A DNA stretch of 46,468 bases from Octopus bimaculoides. Its lineage: Eukaryota. The translations under genes were made by a program, and so were the position numbers. The notes under the pieces are model-generated. The model saw only the letters and a list, made by a program, of their open reading frames with translations, made no database searches and was not told the DNA's origin. The DNA lies in assembly GCF_001194135.2 (NCBI RefSeq), contig NC_069000.1, forward strand, positions 21,099,313-21,145,780, read 5' to 3'. Shown here piece after piece: positions 11,771-22,683 of this stretch (the stretch's first letter is position 1; each line of letters opens with the position of its first letter).

Positions 11771-12959
11771 TAGTGATGATGATGATGATGATGATGGTGG
11801 TGGTGAAACTAAATACAGAATATGGTAAAATATTGAGCTTAGCTGTCCACTATGCCATTACCTCCTCTATAGTTTTATAAGGAATCAGATATATAATGAA
11901 GTAGGATAAATAACCAGTTATTCAAGTATCACTTACAGAAATGTAATATGCACCAGCTGAGAATCAAAACTATGATCATTCTATGGTGTAACAACATAGA
12001 TCACTTCAAAGAAATTCAAGACTATGTTTTTGGTTTTTATTCCAGATTGTTAATTTATTTTACATGATAGAGTAAATTCTTTTTATATTGTAGCATGGAG
12101 CAAATTTACATTTTGTAAACCAAGCAACTGTTAAAGACTATGTACACCTGACAAGAGTACCAAAGATCTCAAAGTGAGTATCATTTGCATGTGAGTGTGT
12201 ATGGTTAGAGAAAAAGAGTAGCACTTGTTTCCTTTTTTTAGAGCCTTCAAATTAGTGGGAGAAAGTTATTCTTAGACTAGACACCTACCCTGAATGCTTG
12301 CAAAAGATAGGACTCTGTTCAAGACACCAAAAACCTAAGTAGTGTTAACCAAAACATTAATTCTACCACCCAAGGTTGTAGTTACCTCTCTTCATTTACA
12401 TTATTCTCTTGGAACATATATTCCACCCACCAACCCACTCAATGAAATAAGCATTGTGTCTGGAAATTAATATTAATATTTTTGCTAATTATATATAATT
12501 GGACAGCTAAACTATAATTTTGCTACAATTATAGTTTTTTTTAAACAAATTTTATAAATGTCAACTGCAGTGCATAGAATAAAGTGTCTTTATTGACTGA
12601 CTGTTTAAGATCTGAACTCACAGCCCATAATTGAGCTTAGCCATTTCAAGAGAGAGTACATAATTCAGGAAAAGTCATGTTCATGACTTTTTATACTCCA
12701 AGAAAAGGATACAGGAATAGTTGTGAGAATTAATATTGGTTTCAAATTTTGGCACAAGGATGAAAGGCAAAGTCAGCTTTGGCAGAATTTGAACTCAAAG
12801 ACAGACAAAATGCCACTAAGCATAGCTAACAATTCTGCCACCTTGCTGTGGAAGTTAATATTCCTATAAGTTAATTTTGAAGTGATAGATAAAGAGAGAA
12901 GTGTCTACAGAAATGTAATTTAGTGAAGAGAGATTGGACAAAGAGCTTATTCAAGCCAA

Positions 12960-13165
12960 CACGTGTCCTCAGCAGTCACAGCCCATGTTTCCCTGTCAAG
13001 TAAAGTAGCTGTTCACACACAGGCATCATACAGTCTGCCTTTCATTCCAAGGGAGAGGTCCTTTGTTACCAACAGAAGTAGGAGCTCTCTGAACTTTGTC
13101 CAGCCTATTCTTATTCTTCGCAGCTATGCTCTCAGAGCATCCACCTCCACTACTGACTAGAGACT
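12960..13165 (-). mobile_element. RTE-clade LINE fragment
   Basis: GGCSESIAA.IRIGWTKFRELL.LL.TKGLSLGMKGRLYDACV..TWAVTAED after frameshift repair. Confidence 0.8.
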
Positions 13166-15655
13166 GAGTGGATGCGACAAAAAAAAAAAAGGTTCAGAAG
13201 TAAATTCTGTAAGGTTAAGTGGGGCTGATACAATAACATCCAGATTCAGATGTAGAACAGCCATTGTTATAGTAGTTTAAGAGAGTGGTTACAGCTCAAA
13301 CATGACTAAATAGTTAGATAATGTTGGTGAATAAATGCCTATTAGGTTTTTATTCACAAGCTTTTTTCAAGTGAATGATGCCTATGAAAGCAAGTAGTGT
13401 TTGTACACCAGTAGTATTTTTGTAGTGTAGAGCAAATTAATATATTGTAGATTGAGTAGCTGTTGAAGACAATGAATACTTGCCAAGAGATGTTAACACT
13501 GTGTGTGCAAAAGATTTCTACATAGATGTACACTGTAGCATAATCTTCATATATGGTTAGAGAACTAATAACACACAAGGAAAAAGAGTATATGAAAGAT
13601 AAAAGGAAGTCCGAGATACATCAGAGTTGAGAGAGAGAATTTTGTCAACATGAGCTGCAATGAATATATAAACTGATTAGAAGCTTTGCCAAAAGATTCT
13701 CATACTAGACATAGTCATTGCTTATGTCAATGGCTAATACTTTGCCCTCACTGAAATGTTCAAGAGTTAAGAAACTGTTGGTAAAACGAGAGATCTCTAG
13801 GAGAAACATGTATTTGACTATGCAGAACTTAGTCTGGTTACTTTGAACTGCTAAATACAAGAGTGACAGGCTGATAGTTGGCAGGGTTAATGAGGCTGCT
13901 TTTCATACAAATGGAAGAGTTGGTAACCGTTATATTTGAGAGTAAAAACAGATGATTGAAAGGTTTAGAAAGCTAAAGGAGCAACCAAAAAGTACACTAT
14001 TTTTCCTTTTCTTCAATTTTTATTGAAGGGTAAAGCTTGAAATGTTAGACTCTATACTTCTTATGGCTATAATATGTGAGCTTTACCTCTTATCTTGAAA
14101 TTTCTCATAGCCTTATTGACACAGACTATCACCAATTTCCTTATTTTATCTTAAAGCATATCAGAAGTAATGACAGGTGAAAAACTTGGCAGTCAAAAGT
14201 CCAAAGTAGTCAAGAGATTAGGTTTACTTCAATCCGTTGTTGTTGTATGAACTGAGATTAGAGAATAAAGAGAAAGTTAAGTAGCTTTATATAAAGGAGT
14301 GCTGCCAAAGGAGTGTTGCTTAAAAGTATGTATATTGAGGAGTGGCAGTTAAGAGGCTTACAAGAGTGTATAAAAACAATTTTGACAATGCACCATATTG
14401 CAGGTCTGCATTATGGAAGTCCAGTTTATAGTTGGTAAATTCCTCTCAACATAGTAAGCAACAATACATTTCCTTGTTGAATTCATTAGATAGTATATGA
14501 CTGGTATATATTCTGTCGAATCTGGGACAATAATACACAAAGCTAATACCAATATTGTTAGTATGAGTAAAAAGAGAAATGACATTTTTCTAACAAGCCA
14601 CTGGTTTTAGTCGGGAGAGAAAGCCCCAGGAAACAAACGGATATCATCACTACCATTCCTTGTTGAGATTGTTAGAGTACAAATATAGAAACAAAGACTA
14701 ACAGGAGGAAGTGAATAAGATTGAAATGCGTTCGTACATTTTCCAAGGACATTTGGCAGTGATATAGCTGCAACAAGGAAATATCCAAAGATAACTAAGA
14801 GCGAATCACTGTTCTCACTATATTTCCTCTCTTTCCCCTATCATTGTCTACGTCCTTATCCTCGGAGACCAAAAAAGGATGCCTCCTGCTAAGTTCAAAA
14901 TAGAATATCCACGTAAACATCTCCAATTTACTGTCATAAATTGTCCGCTGCAAAGGAGCATTAAGACAACATTAGGAAATAAAATCTGAAGTGTGATGAT
15001 GATGATGATGATGATGGTGNNNNNNNNNNGGGGGGGGGGGGTGATATAGGAGAGAGATTTATATTATTATTTGACAACAAAAATATATGTTTAGTACAAT
15101 ACATAAAATGGTTAGTACAATAAAAACAAACAAAACAAAAACATACGACAAAAGTTCAGTAGGTAGATTTAGATGATTAGAAGCTATCGATTGGGAGTAA
15201 GGTAAAACAAAAAAGGCAGAGAATTGGGGAGGGAGTTTGTTATAGCAAATATTAGCAGGAGTGTCTGTATGAATACATTGCAAGCTCACACATTCATTTA
15301 GGTATCTGTATATATGGGGTTTCGTTATAATTCATATAGGAGCATCTTCTCGCTAGTTTTAAAGCCAATCGTTTGATTTTTACAGGGTCTTTTCATAAGT
15401 CCAAATGAAAGATTCAGATGCACCTGGAATGAATTAGGGAAAGTGATCTCTGCACTTTTCGAAAGTTCCTCTTTGTTATGTTCATCTCAGTGTGCGTGTG
15501 TGTGTCAATAAATGTGTGTGCATGCATGCATGCATATATATATATATATATAAATATTTATGTGTGAGTCTTGGGTGTTAGGAGAAAAAAACGAAGATAT
15601 GAGGTAGGTAGTTGGAGTTTGGTGACAAGTTGGGTCTGAATAAAAATCCACTTAC

Positions 15656-15749
15656 CCAAAAATCCGTTAAGTGGATCCTTGGGAGTCAATCCAAACACAT
15701 TAATAACAGTATCCAAAGTATCCGGCTGAAAGTCGTTGTTGGAACTCAT
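15656..15749 (-). CDS. TMEM170: TMEM170 coding exon 1 MSSNNDFQPDTLDTVINVFGLTPKDPLNGFL(E)
   Basis: ATG at 15749 and strong donor G|gtaagt at 15656/15655. 94 nt (31 codons +1); G+AA gives Glu in frame with exon 2 (..GFL-E-MWYQ, like the family's ..F.EMWY motif). An in-frame upstream ATG at 15788 could add 13 aa. Confidence 0.88.
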
Positions 15750-16000
15750 ATCAACAAGACACCAAAAGAGCGGCCATCCTCCAAACATGCCACAGTTCTG
15801 TGCTGGCCTTCATCATTGCACCTGTCAGTGATGACGGACCGGAGTTGAAATTTCAGCTGATTAGATAACAGACCAAAAACATTACACAACTCGGACCCTT
15901 TACTTAGAGTTCATTTTTGTTTCCTATATATATATATATATGTGTGTATATATATATGTATTATATACATATAACCGTCGATGAACATACATATCAAGTA
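15750..16000 (-). promoter_or_regulatory. TMEM170 5' leader / core promoter region
   Basis: Immediately upstream of exon 1, at the centre of a CpG-retaining domain (~14500-17050) in otherwise CpG-depleted DNA. TSS not determinable from sequence. Confidence 0.6.
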
Positions 16001-17289
16001 TGAACCCGTGTGTATATGTCAATGAATGTATATGTATTTCTGCTCTTATAAATATTTTTTTTCCTAGGCTTACATCGTTCCTTATTTTTAAATGATACGT
16101 CAACTGAATTATAGGAGAGAGAAAAAAAACTCAACACAAAGAAAAGACTACTGTCTAGAAACCGAAGTACAGATATGTAAACAGATAAAATTAAAAAAAT
16201 AATTTGGCAGATACAATAGAATAACAACACACACACAGATGACAACAGTCAAATCAGAACGGATATGGCATTTGTATTTAACCTCTTTTACACAAGGAAT
16301 AACTTGTGAATAATATGCCAATTTTAACCCATGTGCCAAAAACTATGTTTATATACATTTACATTATACATATATTTTGCGTGGATATATGCAAAAAGAG
16401 GCATCTATTATAAACAGATAGATAGATAGATAACTGAAACTCGGTTGAGTTTGGAATGCCTGTCTTCGAAATTAAATGAAAACTATTTACAAACTGTTTA
16501 CAATATAAGAGGAAGAAATAAAATCTCACTTGGTCTTATCAGAATAAAGGGTGTATTTTCAAAAGACATACATATAGATTACTGTATGTATGGCTTTTTA
16601 AATCGACTTCGCTCAGCTTTAAAAAAAAACGATATAACAGCTGATAGGATATTTTCACCACCCAAGATATTCAATATAGAAGAATAAAATAAAATAAAAT
16701 AAAATAATAATAATAATAATACTGCTGACGAAGTGTGTGGTACCAGTTGACAGCTGCACCAAAGAGACGGACTTGTCACATACAAGGGAGTATGTCGCAG
16801 TAAATACAACCTCGTATTTCCCAGAACGAGGCTGCGTGGGCAACACCAACGTTTGACGGGCTCGTGTATGAAAGGGAAACAACTCTAATAGGCTATTTTT
16901 TTTTATATAGAGTTACATAACATACTTAGAATGAATATTTTTCAGCGATAGAAGAAATCGTTGAGTAGAGTGAAATTATAAATAACATAAATATTTCCAG
17001 ACGGTTAACCCTTTAATAATTGCTTTCTTTTAGTATTTTTAGTAATTGTTACGTACCTAATTAAAAAGCAGCTTCCTCCGTTATAGTATAGATATCCTGC
17101 TCAATAACAAATTTGCTTGTCAGTTGCTTGACCTTAACCACTTGAGCATGTCCCTTAGTGGCTGACAATATGTGCCTCTCTGATCCATGTGTTGAGAAGG
17201 ATTCTTTAGGGTTTGAATAAATGTAACAAAAGCAAAGTTTGAAGGAAATATTAGCCATTTTCATACTTTTTAGAAGTAAACAAATAGGA

Positions 17290-17790
17290 AATAACAGTTG
17301 TTACCCATAGACAAAACTCGTGTTACACAATGTAATAACAGGTATCAAGCTGAAAGTGTACCTTAGGTACTAAATTTGCAAACTCATTAAAGGCCCATAG
17401 ATGTCTTCTTTCTCTTATATTTTTCTAACCACATTTGTTTTCAGAGGACAGCTGATTTCCATAACAGAACATATCTTTTCCTTGTGATCCCACACAACAA
17501 TATCTGGCCAATTATGTTTTAACTTGGCAGCTGTTCTGATTTTTAAGTTCCACCAATATTCTTTTGACCTTTTTGGTCTCAATGTGGTTGATTTCATCTG
17601 TAGGTGTTTTCTTTTTTTTTTTTTGATCTTGTTCCAAACTGCTCTGGCCATCACATCATGCCTCACGAGAAGATAATATCTGGAAGACATCCTCTCACAT
17701 TTGGCAAAAATGTGGTTGATGTCTTCAGTCTTGGTCTTACACAGCCTACATTTGTTATCTGTCCTGCCTCTTAATGCTGCAGCTATTCAA
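17290..17790 (-). mobile_element. R4/Dong-type LINE remnant (CCHC knuckle plus RLE domain)
   Basis: CRLCKTKTEDINHIFAKC..RHD..HNWPDIVVWD..CSVMEISCP..EKEDIYGPL. Confidence 0.85.
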
Positions 17791-17994
17791 ACTGGTTACT
17801 AACAGTTCACAGGGTTTGCAAATATGTGGTTGAGTCAGTGGGTGTATATATGTAGGTGTACACACCTGCATTTATCTTCTGTGTGAACATACCTCTTTAG
17901 TACTCTAGAAGTGTGTGTGTGTGTGCATCAACACTTTTTACATTTGTGTCTGTATTATGCACAAAACCAAGTGTGTACTTATATTCATTTAAAG

Positions 17995-18274
17995 CTGCAG
18001 TTCCCAACGTGAGCAGTACTGTCTCTCTGGGGTGCAGTGGAAAGATCTAGCAGGGCATTAAAGAAAAGTGAGGCAATAATGAGATGGCCAAAAGAGGGTG
18101 TTGGATGTAAAAACAATAAAATAATGGCTTAATTCAGCTAAGTTTTGTTCGTGAAATACAGTTGTTTCGAATTTGCTGCAGAAAGTGGTCTGTGTTTGTG
18201 ATGGTAAGGAAAGGGCTAGGAATGTGGTCTGAGTGCCAAGAGGGCAGCAGCCTGAAAAAGTTTGGGAACTACTG
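17995..18274. mobile_element. hAT-type MITE
   Basis: Degenerate TIRs ctgcagttcccaac / gtttgggaactactg; flanks atttaaag / attttaaa. Confidence 0.55.
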
Positions 18275-18285
18275 ATTTTAAAATC

Positions 18286-18520
18286 TCATATAGAGAATCT
18301 TTGGAATGTGTTACAAATTTTTACTGTGCTTCTAAGAGATTGAATTTGAAGGATGTGCATCAGTTTGTTTTGTTCTTTCACAGAAAATTCTAGCATTTCT
18401 AGGTTTTTGCACAAATCCATTTTGACAAAGTTTGATGCACCTATGATGATAGGTACAAATGAAAATCTAAATTCAGGATACAAAAACTTTAGTTCACCAT
18501 AAATATCCTCTTATATCTGA
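18286..18520 (-). mobile_element. R4/Dong-type LINE 3' remnant
   Basis: EDIYGEL..YPEFRFSFVPIIIGASNFV..ILQIQSLRSTVKICNTF, the RLE C-terminal pattern. Confidence 0.75.
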
Positions 18521-18919
18521 TGTATCCAAAGACCCTGTTGAGCCTGACTCTAGTCCAGTTTTTTAAGGTAGTAGCATTCGTGTTACTCTGCCACTGCACT
18601 GGTTGAAGCATGTGCATGTGGTCTACTTGTGGTTCAGCATTACATGCTACTGCATCTGGCAAGCGGGTTTGGCATCAGAGTGTCGCATGCATTTGCAATG
18701 ATGAAAAACCACCACTTCTGTAGTTACATCACTGGGAAGCTGATCTCTACAACAGTGCATTACTTTTATTTCCTGTCCCACAAAACAATATCATGTATGT
18801 TGTGTTTGTGCCTGATTGCTGTTTTTATGGGAATATTCCACCAATATTCCTTATTTGTAAAGGTGTAGATACATTCTGATTCTGACACGCCTTAGTTACA
18901 CTGGAAGCACATTAAACAG

Positions 18920-19075
18920 AAAATTTTCTACATTATTTACATTATTTATATTCGTCTTTATCTTGTTTGTTGTTAAAACATTTTGGCTGATATGCCCTCC
19001 AGCCTTCTTTGGGTGTCTTGGGGAAATTTCGAACCTGGGTTCTCATTCCTAAGGTATTTTTCGATGTTGTTGTTG

Positions 19076-19110
<35 letters not shown>

Positions 19111-19184
19111 GTTATTATTGTTCAGGTCACTGCTTGGAATCGAACTCGGAATCTTGGGGTTAGTAACCCGCGCTCTTAACCACT
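18920..19184 (-). mobile_element. tRNA-headed SINE with internal (AAT/AAC)n and a decayed hammerhead-like 3' module
   Basis: A box agtggttaag, B box gagttcgattcc, microsatellite, then GACAC-CCAAAGA-A-GGCTG(N10)CAGCC-AAAATGTT. Confidence 0.7.
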
Positions 19185-19185
19185 T

Positions 19186-19576
19186 TATGGATGGTGTTGT
19201 CATCAATGGCAGAATGTGGTCATCCAAGAATAGGAGCAGTTTCCACCGATGTCTGACCTTATTTGTATTGGCAATGCCAGTGCTTGACAACATCGTATGA
19301 TGGTGCATCATCACCATAAACTTCTTTAATCTCATCAAAAGTCTCTTTTGGTGTATGACCTTTCAAGTATAAGAACCTGATCACTGATCTGCATTCAACT
19401 GCTTCCATTATAACACTTTAGTCTACTTCAGCAGTTGTAAAAGACAAATGAATACTAGTGGAAAGCTGAAATTTATAATGTGTCATGTAGAGACATACAC
19501 GGTTATACTTGTACAAGTTCCGTTTCCTACAATAACTGGAAGTGGGCCAGGGAAAATCTTTAATGAAAACCCCTTG
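19186..19576 (-). mobile_element. 5' fragment of a second (irritans-like) mariner
   Basis: TA plus TIR-like CAAGGGG at 19578-19570. ATG at 19408 gives MEAVECRSVIRFLYLKGHTPKETFDEIKEVYGDDAPSYDVVKHWHCQYK*GQTSVETAPILG*P, a mariner HTH N-terminus. Confidence 0.8.
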
Positions 19577-19588
19577 TATGTATATATG

Positions 19589-19630
<42 letters not shown>

Positions 19631-20448
19631 CATGCACCTTAATACAAGTGAGTGAACAGTGAAAGAATCACTCATCACTTTTTGTTGGTGTTATGGAGAA
19701 AATGTAACACACTTTTATCTTTCTGTCACATTTTTTTCTTTATCTCCTTTTTCTTCCTTCAACGTTTTGCCAAATTATTTCCAGGTAACTTTTCTTTGCA
19801 ATGGAACAGTGGCTGGTTTATTTAGCAAACAATTTTTTTCCTTTTATGGCTGGGTGAAAATGATTATGTTTCAAATGTTTTTTTGAGACAAAATATAGAA
19901 ATTATTCAATATTTTACAACACAAAAACATGAGAAAATTTTTATTTATTTATTTACTGAGATATATTTTAATCCACTTTTATGAGGTAAAATAGTGGAAT
20001 TTTTATTGATTCTTTAAAGGTAAAATATGAGAATAATTTTATGAGTTTAAAAAAAAATTAACCAATCAATTTTTGCAACAGCTGGAAGCAATAAAAGAGA
20101 AATTATTAATTTTTATCACAGCTAATTAATAAAATGAAGTAAAAGAAAATTGTCCACTCATTTTTAAAAAACGAAATAACAATTCTCTTTTTTAAATAGA
20201 TTCATGAGAAATAAATGGAATAGTTGACCTGGTTTTCTGTTATTCACCGTATCTCTGCTGAAAATTGAATCGTTTCTCTTATCTAACCTCTGGTAGTTGC
20301 AAAAATTTCAACATTTTTCATATTTAACCTCTGGTAGTTGCCAAAATTTAAACAATTTCACTTATATGACTTATAACTGTGAGAAAAAAAAATTGAGTGA
20401 TTTCTTTTATTTTATTTCATTGTCTGCTATTTAACCATTATTATGATT

Positions 20449-21272
20449 AAAGGCATCAAGCTGGCAGAATTGTTAGCACGCTGGACAAAATGCTTAGTGG
20501 TATTTTACTCGTTGCTATGTTGTGAGTTCAAATTCCACCAAAATCAACTTTGCCTTTTACCCATTTCGGGTCGATACCAGTGAAACACTGGGGTCAATAT
20601 AATCGACTATCCCACTCACCCAAAATTTCAGGACTTGTACCTTTAGTAGAAAGGATTATTATTATTATTATGATTATTAAAGCAATGAGCTGGCAGAATC
20701 ATTAGCATGCTGAGCAAAAGGCTAAGCAGCATTTTGTCTTCACATCCTGAGTTCAAATTCCACCAATGTTGACTTTACTTTTCATCCATTCAGGGTAGAT
20801 AAAATAACTACCAGTTGAGCACTGGAGTCATCCTTGAAAATCTACCTACCCTCACTACCAAAATTTCAGGAATTGTGCCTTTAGAATGATGATTCATCCC
20901 AACCACACACAAACAAAAGTTAAAAGTTAAACAGCTATTGTTATACTTGGGTATGATCATCTTTTGCCAATTAAACACATGCGTTATTTACTTGATTTTC
21001 AGTTTCTTCTTCTTCTTCTTCTTCTTATTATTATTATTATTATTATTATCTAAGGTGGCGAGCTGGCAGGATTGTTAGCATGTTGGATGAAATGCTTAGC
21101 AGTATTTCGCCCATACACTATGTTCTGAGTTCAAATTTTGCTGAGGTTAACTTTGCCTTTCATCCTTTCTGGGTCGATAAATTAAGTACCAGTGGAACAC
21201 TGGGGTCAATGTAACCGATTTATCACCTCCCACAAAATAGCTGCTCTTGTGGCAAAATTTGAAACCATTATT
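20449..21272 (+). mobile_element. Three tandem family-B SINEs (~20449-20665, 20678-20890, 21050-21272)
   Basis: Each preceded and followed by (ATT)n; A/B boxes and central domain present. Confidence 0.9.
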
Positions 21273-21283
21273 ATTAGTAGTAG

Positions 21284-21428
21284 TAACTTAGCGGTTCGGC
21301 AAAAGAGACCGATAGAATAAGTACTAGGCTTCCAAAGAATAAGTCCTGGGGTTGATTTGCTCGACTAAAGGCAGTGCTCCAGCATGGCCGCAGTCAAATG
21401 ACTGAAACAAGCAAAAGAGTAAAAGAGT
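21284..21428 (+). mobile_element. 5'-truncated family-A SINE
   Basis: Only the 3' half, inserted directly after a family-B tail. Confidence 0.85.
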
Positions 21429-22683
21429 AGTTTATTTGTCAGAGTTCTTTTGTCAAACCTACAATCTCTTCAGCAACTTTCTGTCCCATATGTCTCCTCT
21501 TGCCCTGCCTATGCCAGTTTGTCTTTCTGTGGTATGTATCTCTATTTGCACCTATGTTTACATCTGTGTGTGTGTGCATGTGTATTTATGTATTTAGTAT
21601 GTATGTCTTGTGTGCATGTATATGGGTTTGTATATTACACTGTTTGGACCTGTGTCTTTTTTTTTCCTCGTCTTGTTTTTAGTCATCAGGGTGAATAGTG
21701 TGGTGAGGTGAGTGGGTGTTATTACTCCATTTATGTTTTCTGTATTGGTCTCAACAATACAAAAAAAAGAAAAAAGAAACAGAAATTAAGGAGAACCATT
21801 TTATTACTTGAAAAAAAATTGTTTTTTGATTTACTAAACACATAAAATCCACAGTTTATGACAGGATTTTAACAGTAAATGGACGGAAAACTGAATAGAA
21901 TTTGATATTGCTATTTCCACTGATAAAATATCATGATTTAACTATCAAAAATATTTTTTGAAAGAATGTGCATGTGTGTGTATGTGAGAGAGAGAGGGGG
22001 GGAATCTCCAATAATGGATAGAATAGAAATAAAAGATCCAGAGAAGGATCTTTTAGCGATTACAATTTTTTTTTTTGCTTTATTCATACATGTGGTCAAT
22101 AAATGAAAATATAAAGATATGAGGTCAGAAAGTTATGGGCAAGGAAAATAAAAACGATAGGAAAATCATGAAAAAGATGAACAACATCAATTCAAACCAG
22201 ATTTTGGTTCAATTCTAAGCAGATAATTTCTAATTTGAAATTATTAGTTAGAGAAAAAAATTATTTACTTTAGATTTATTTTGCATCTGTAATATATAAA
22301 AAGGATTGTGTGTAACACACACTATCACACACACACACACACAAACAAACAAACAAACAATAATTGCTCCTAACATAGGTAGAAAGCTAGAAATTTGGTG
22401 GAAGGTGTTAAATGATTAAATTGATCTTAGTAATATCACTGGTATTTTATTTTATCAAACTTGGAAGGATAAAATTGTCCAATAAAACAAACTACTATAA
22501 AATATTTCTTGTGTGTTTTACAGATATTTTAGATTATTAACAGTGTAACCATGTAGTTAAAAATGATAAGATCAATATTAGCTAAATTCTCCCCTAAGTA
22601 TTTCAAATATTTATTTTATCTTCTTTCCGTTATTGTTAGAATCCATAAAGCTACAAAGAAAAGATCAATAATGTGCTGTATCA

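Noticed and set aside
13600-14600. Possible L1/Tx1-like ORF2 relic
   Set aside because: Too decayed to recover a diagnostic motif by eye.
15825-15862. GTGATGA..CTGA resembling C/D snoRNA boxes
   Set aside because: Only ~35 nt apart, and located in a promoter/leader rather than an intron.
16725-16775. CTGACGA-A-GTGTG..TGCAC-CAAA hammerhead-like string
   Set aside because: GAAA box broken by a transversion, wobble-rich stem, and no stem III.
19130-19184. tRNA gene
   Set aside because: No acceptor stem; it continues into SINE body. All tRNA-like strings in the window are SINE heads.
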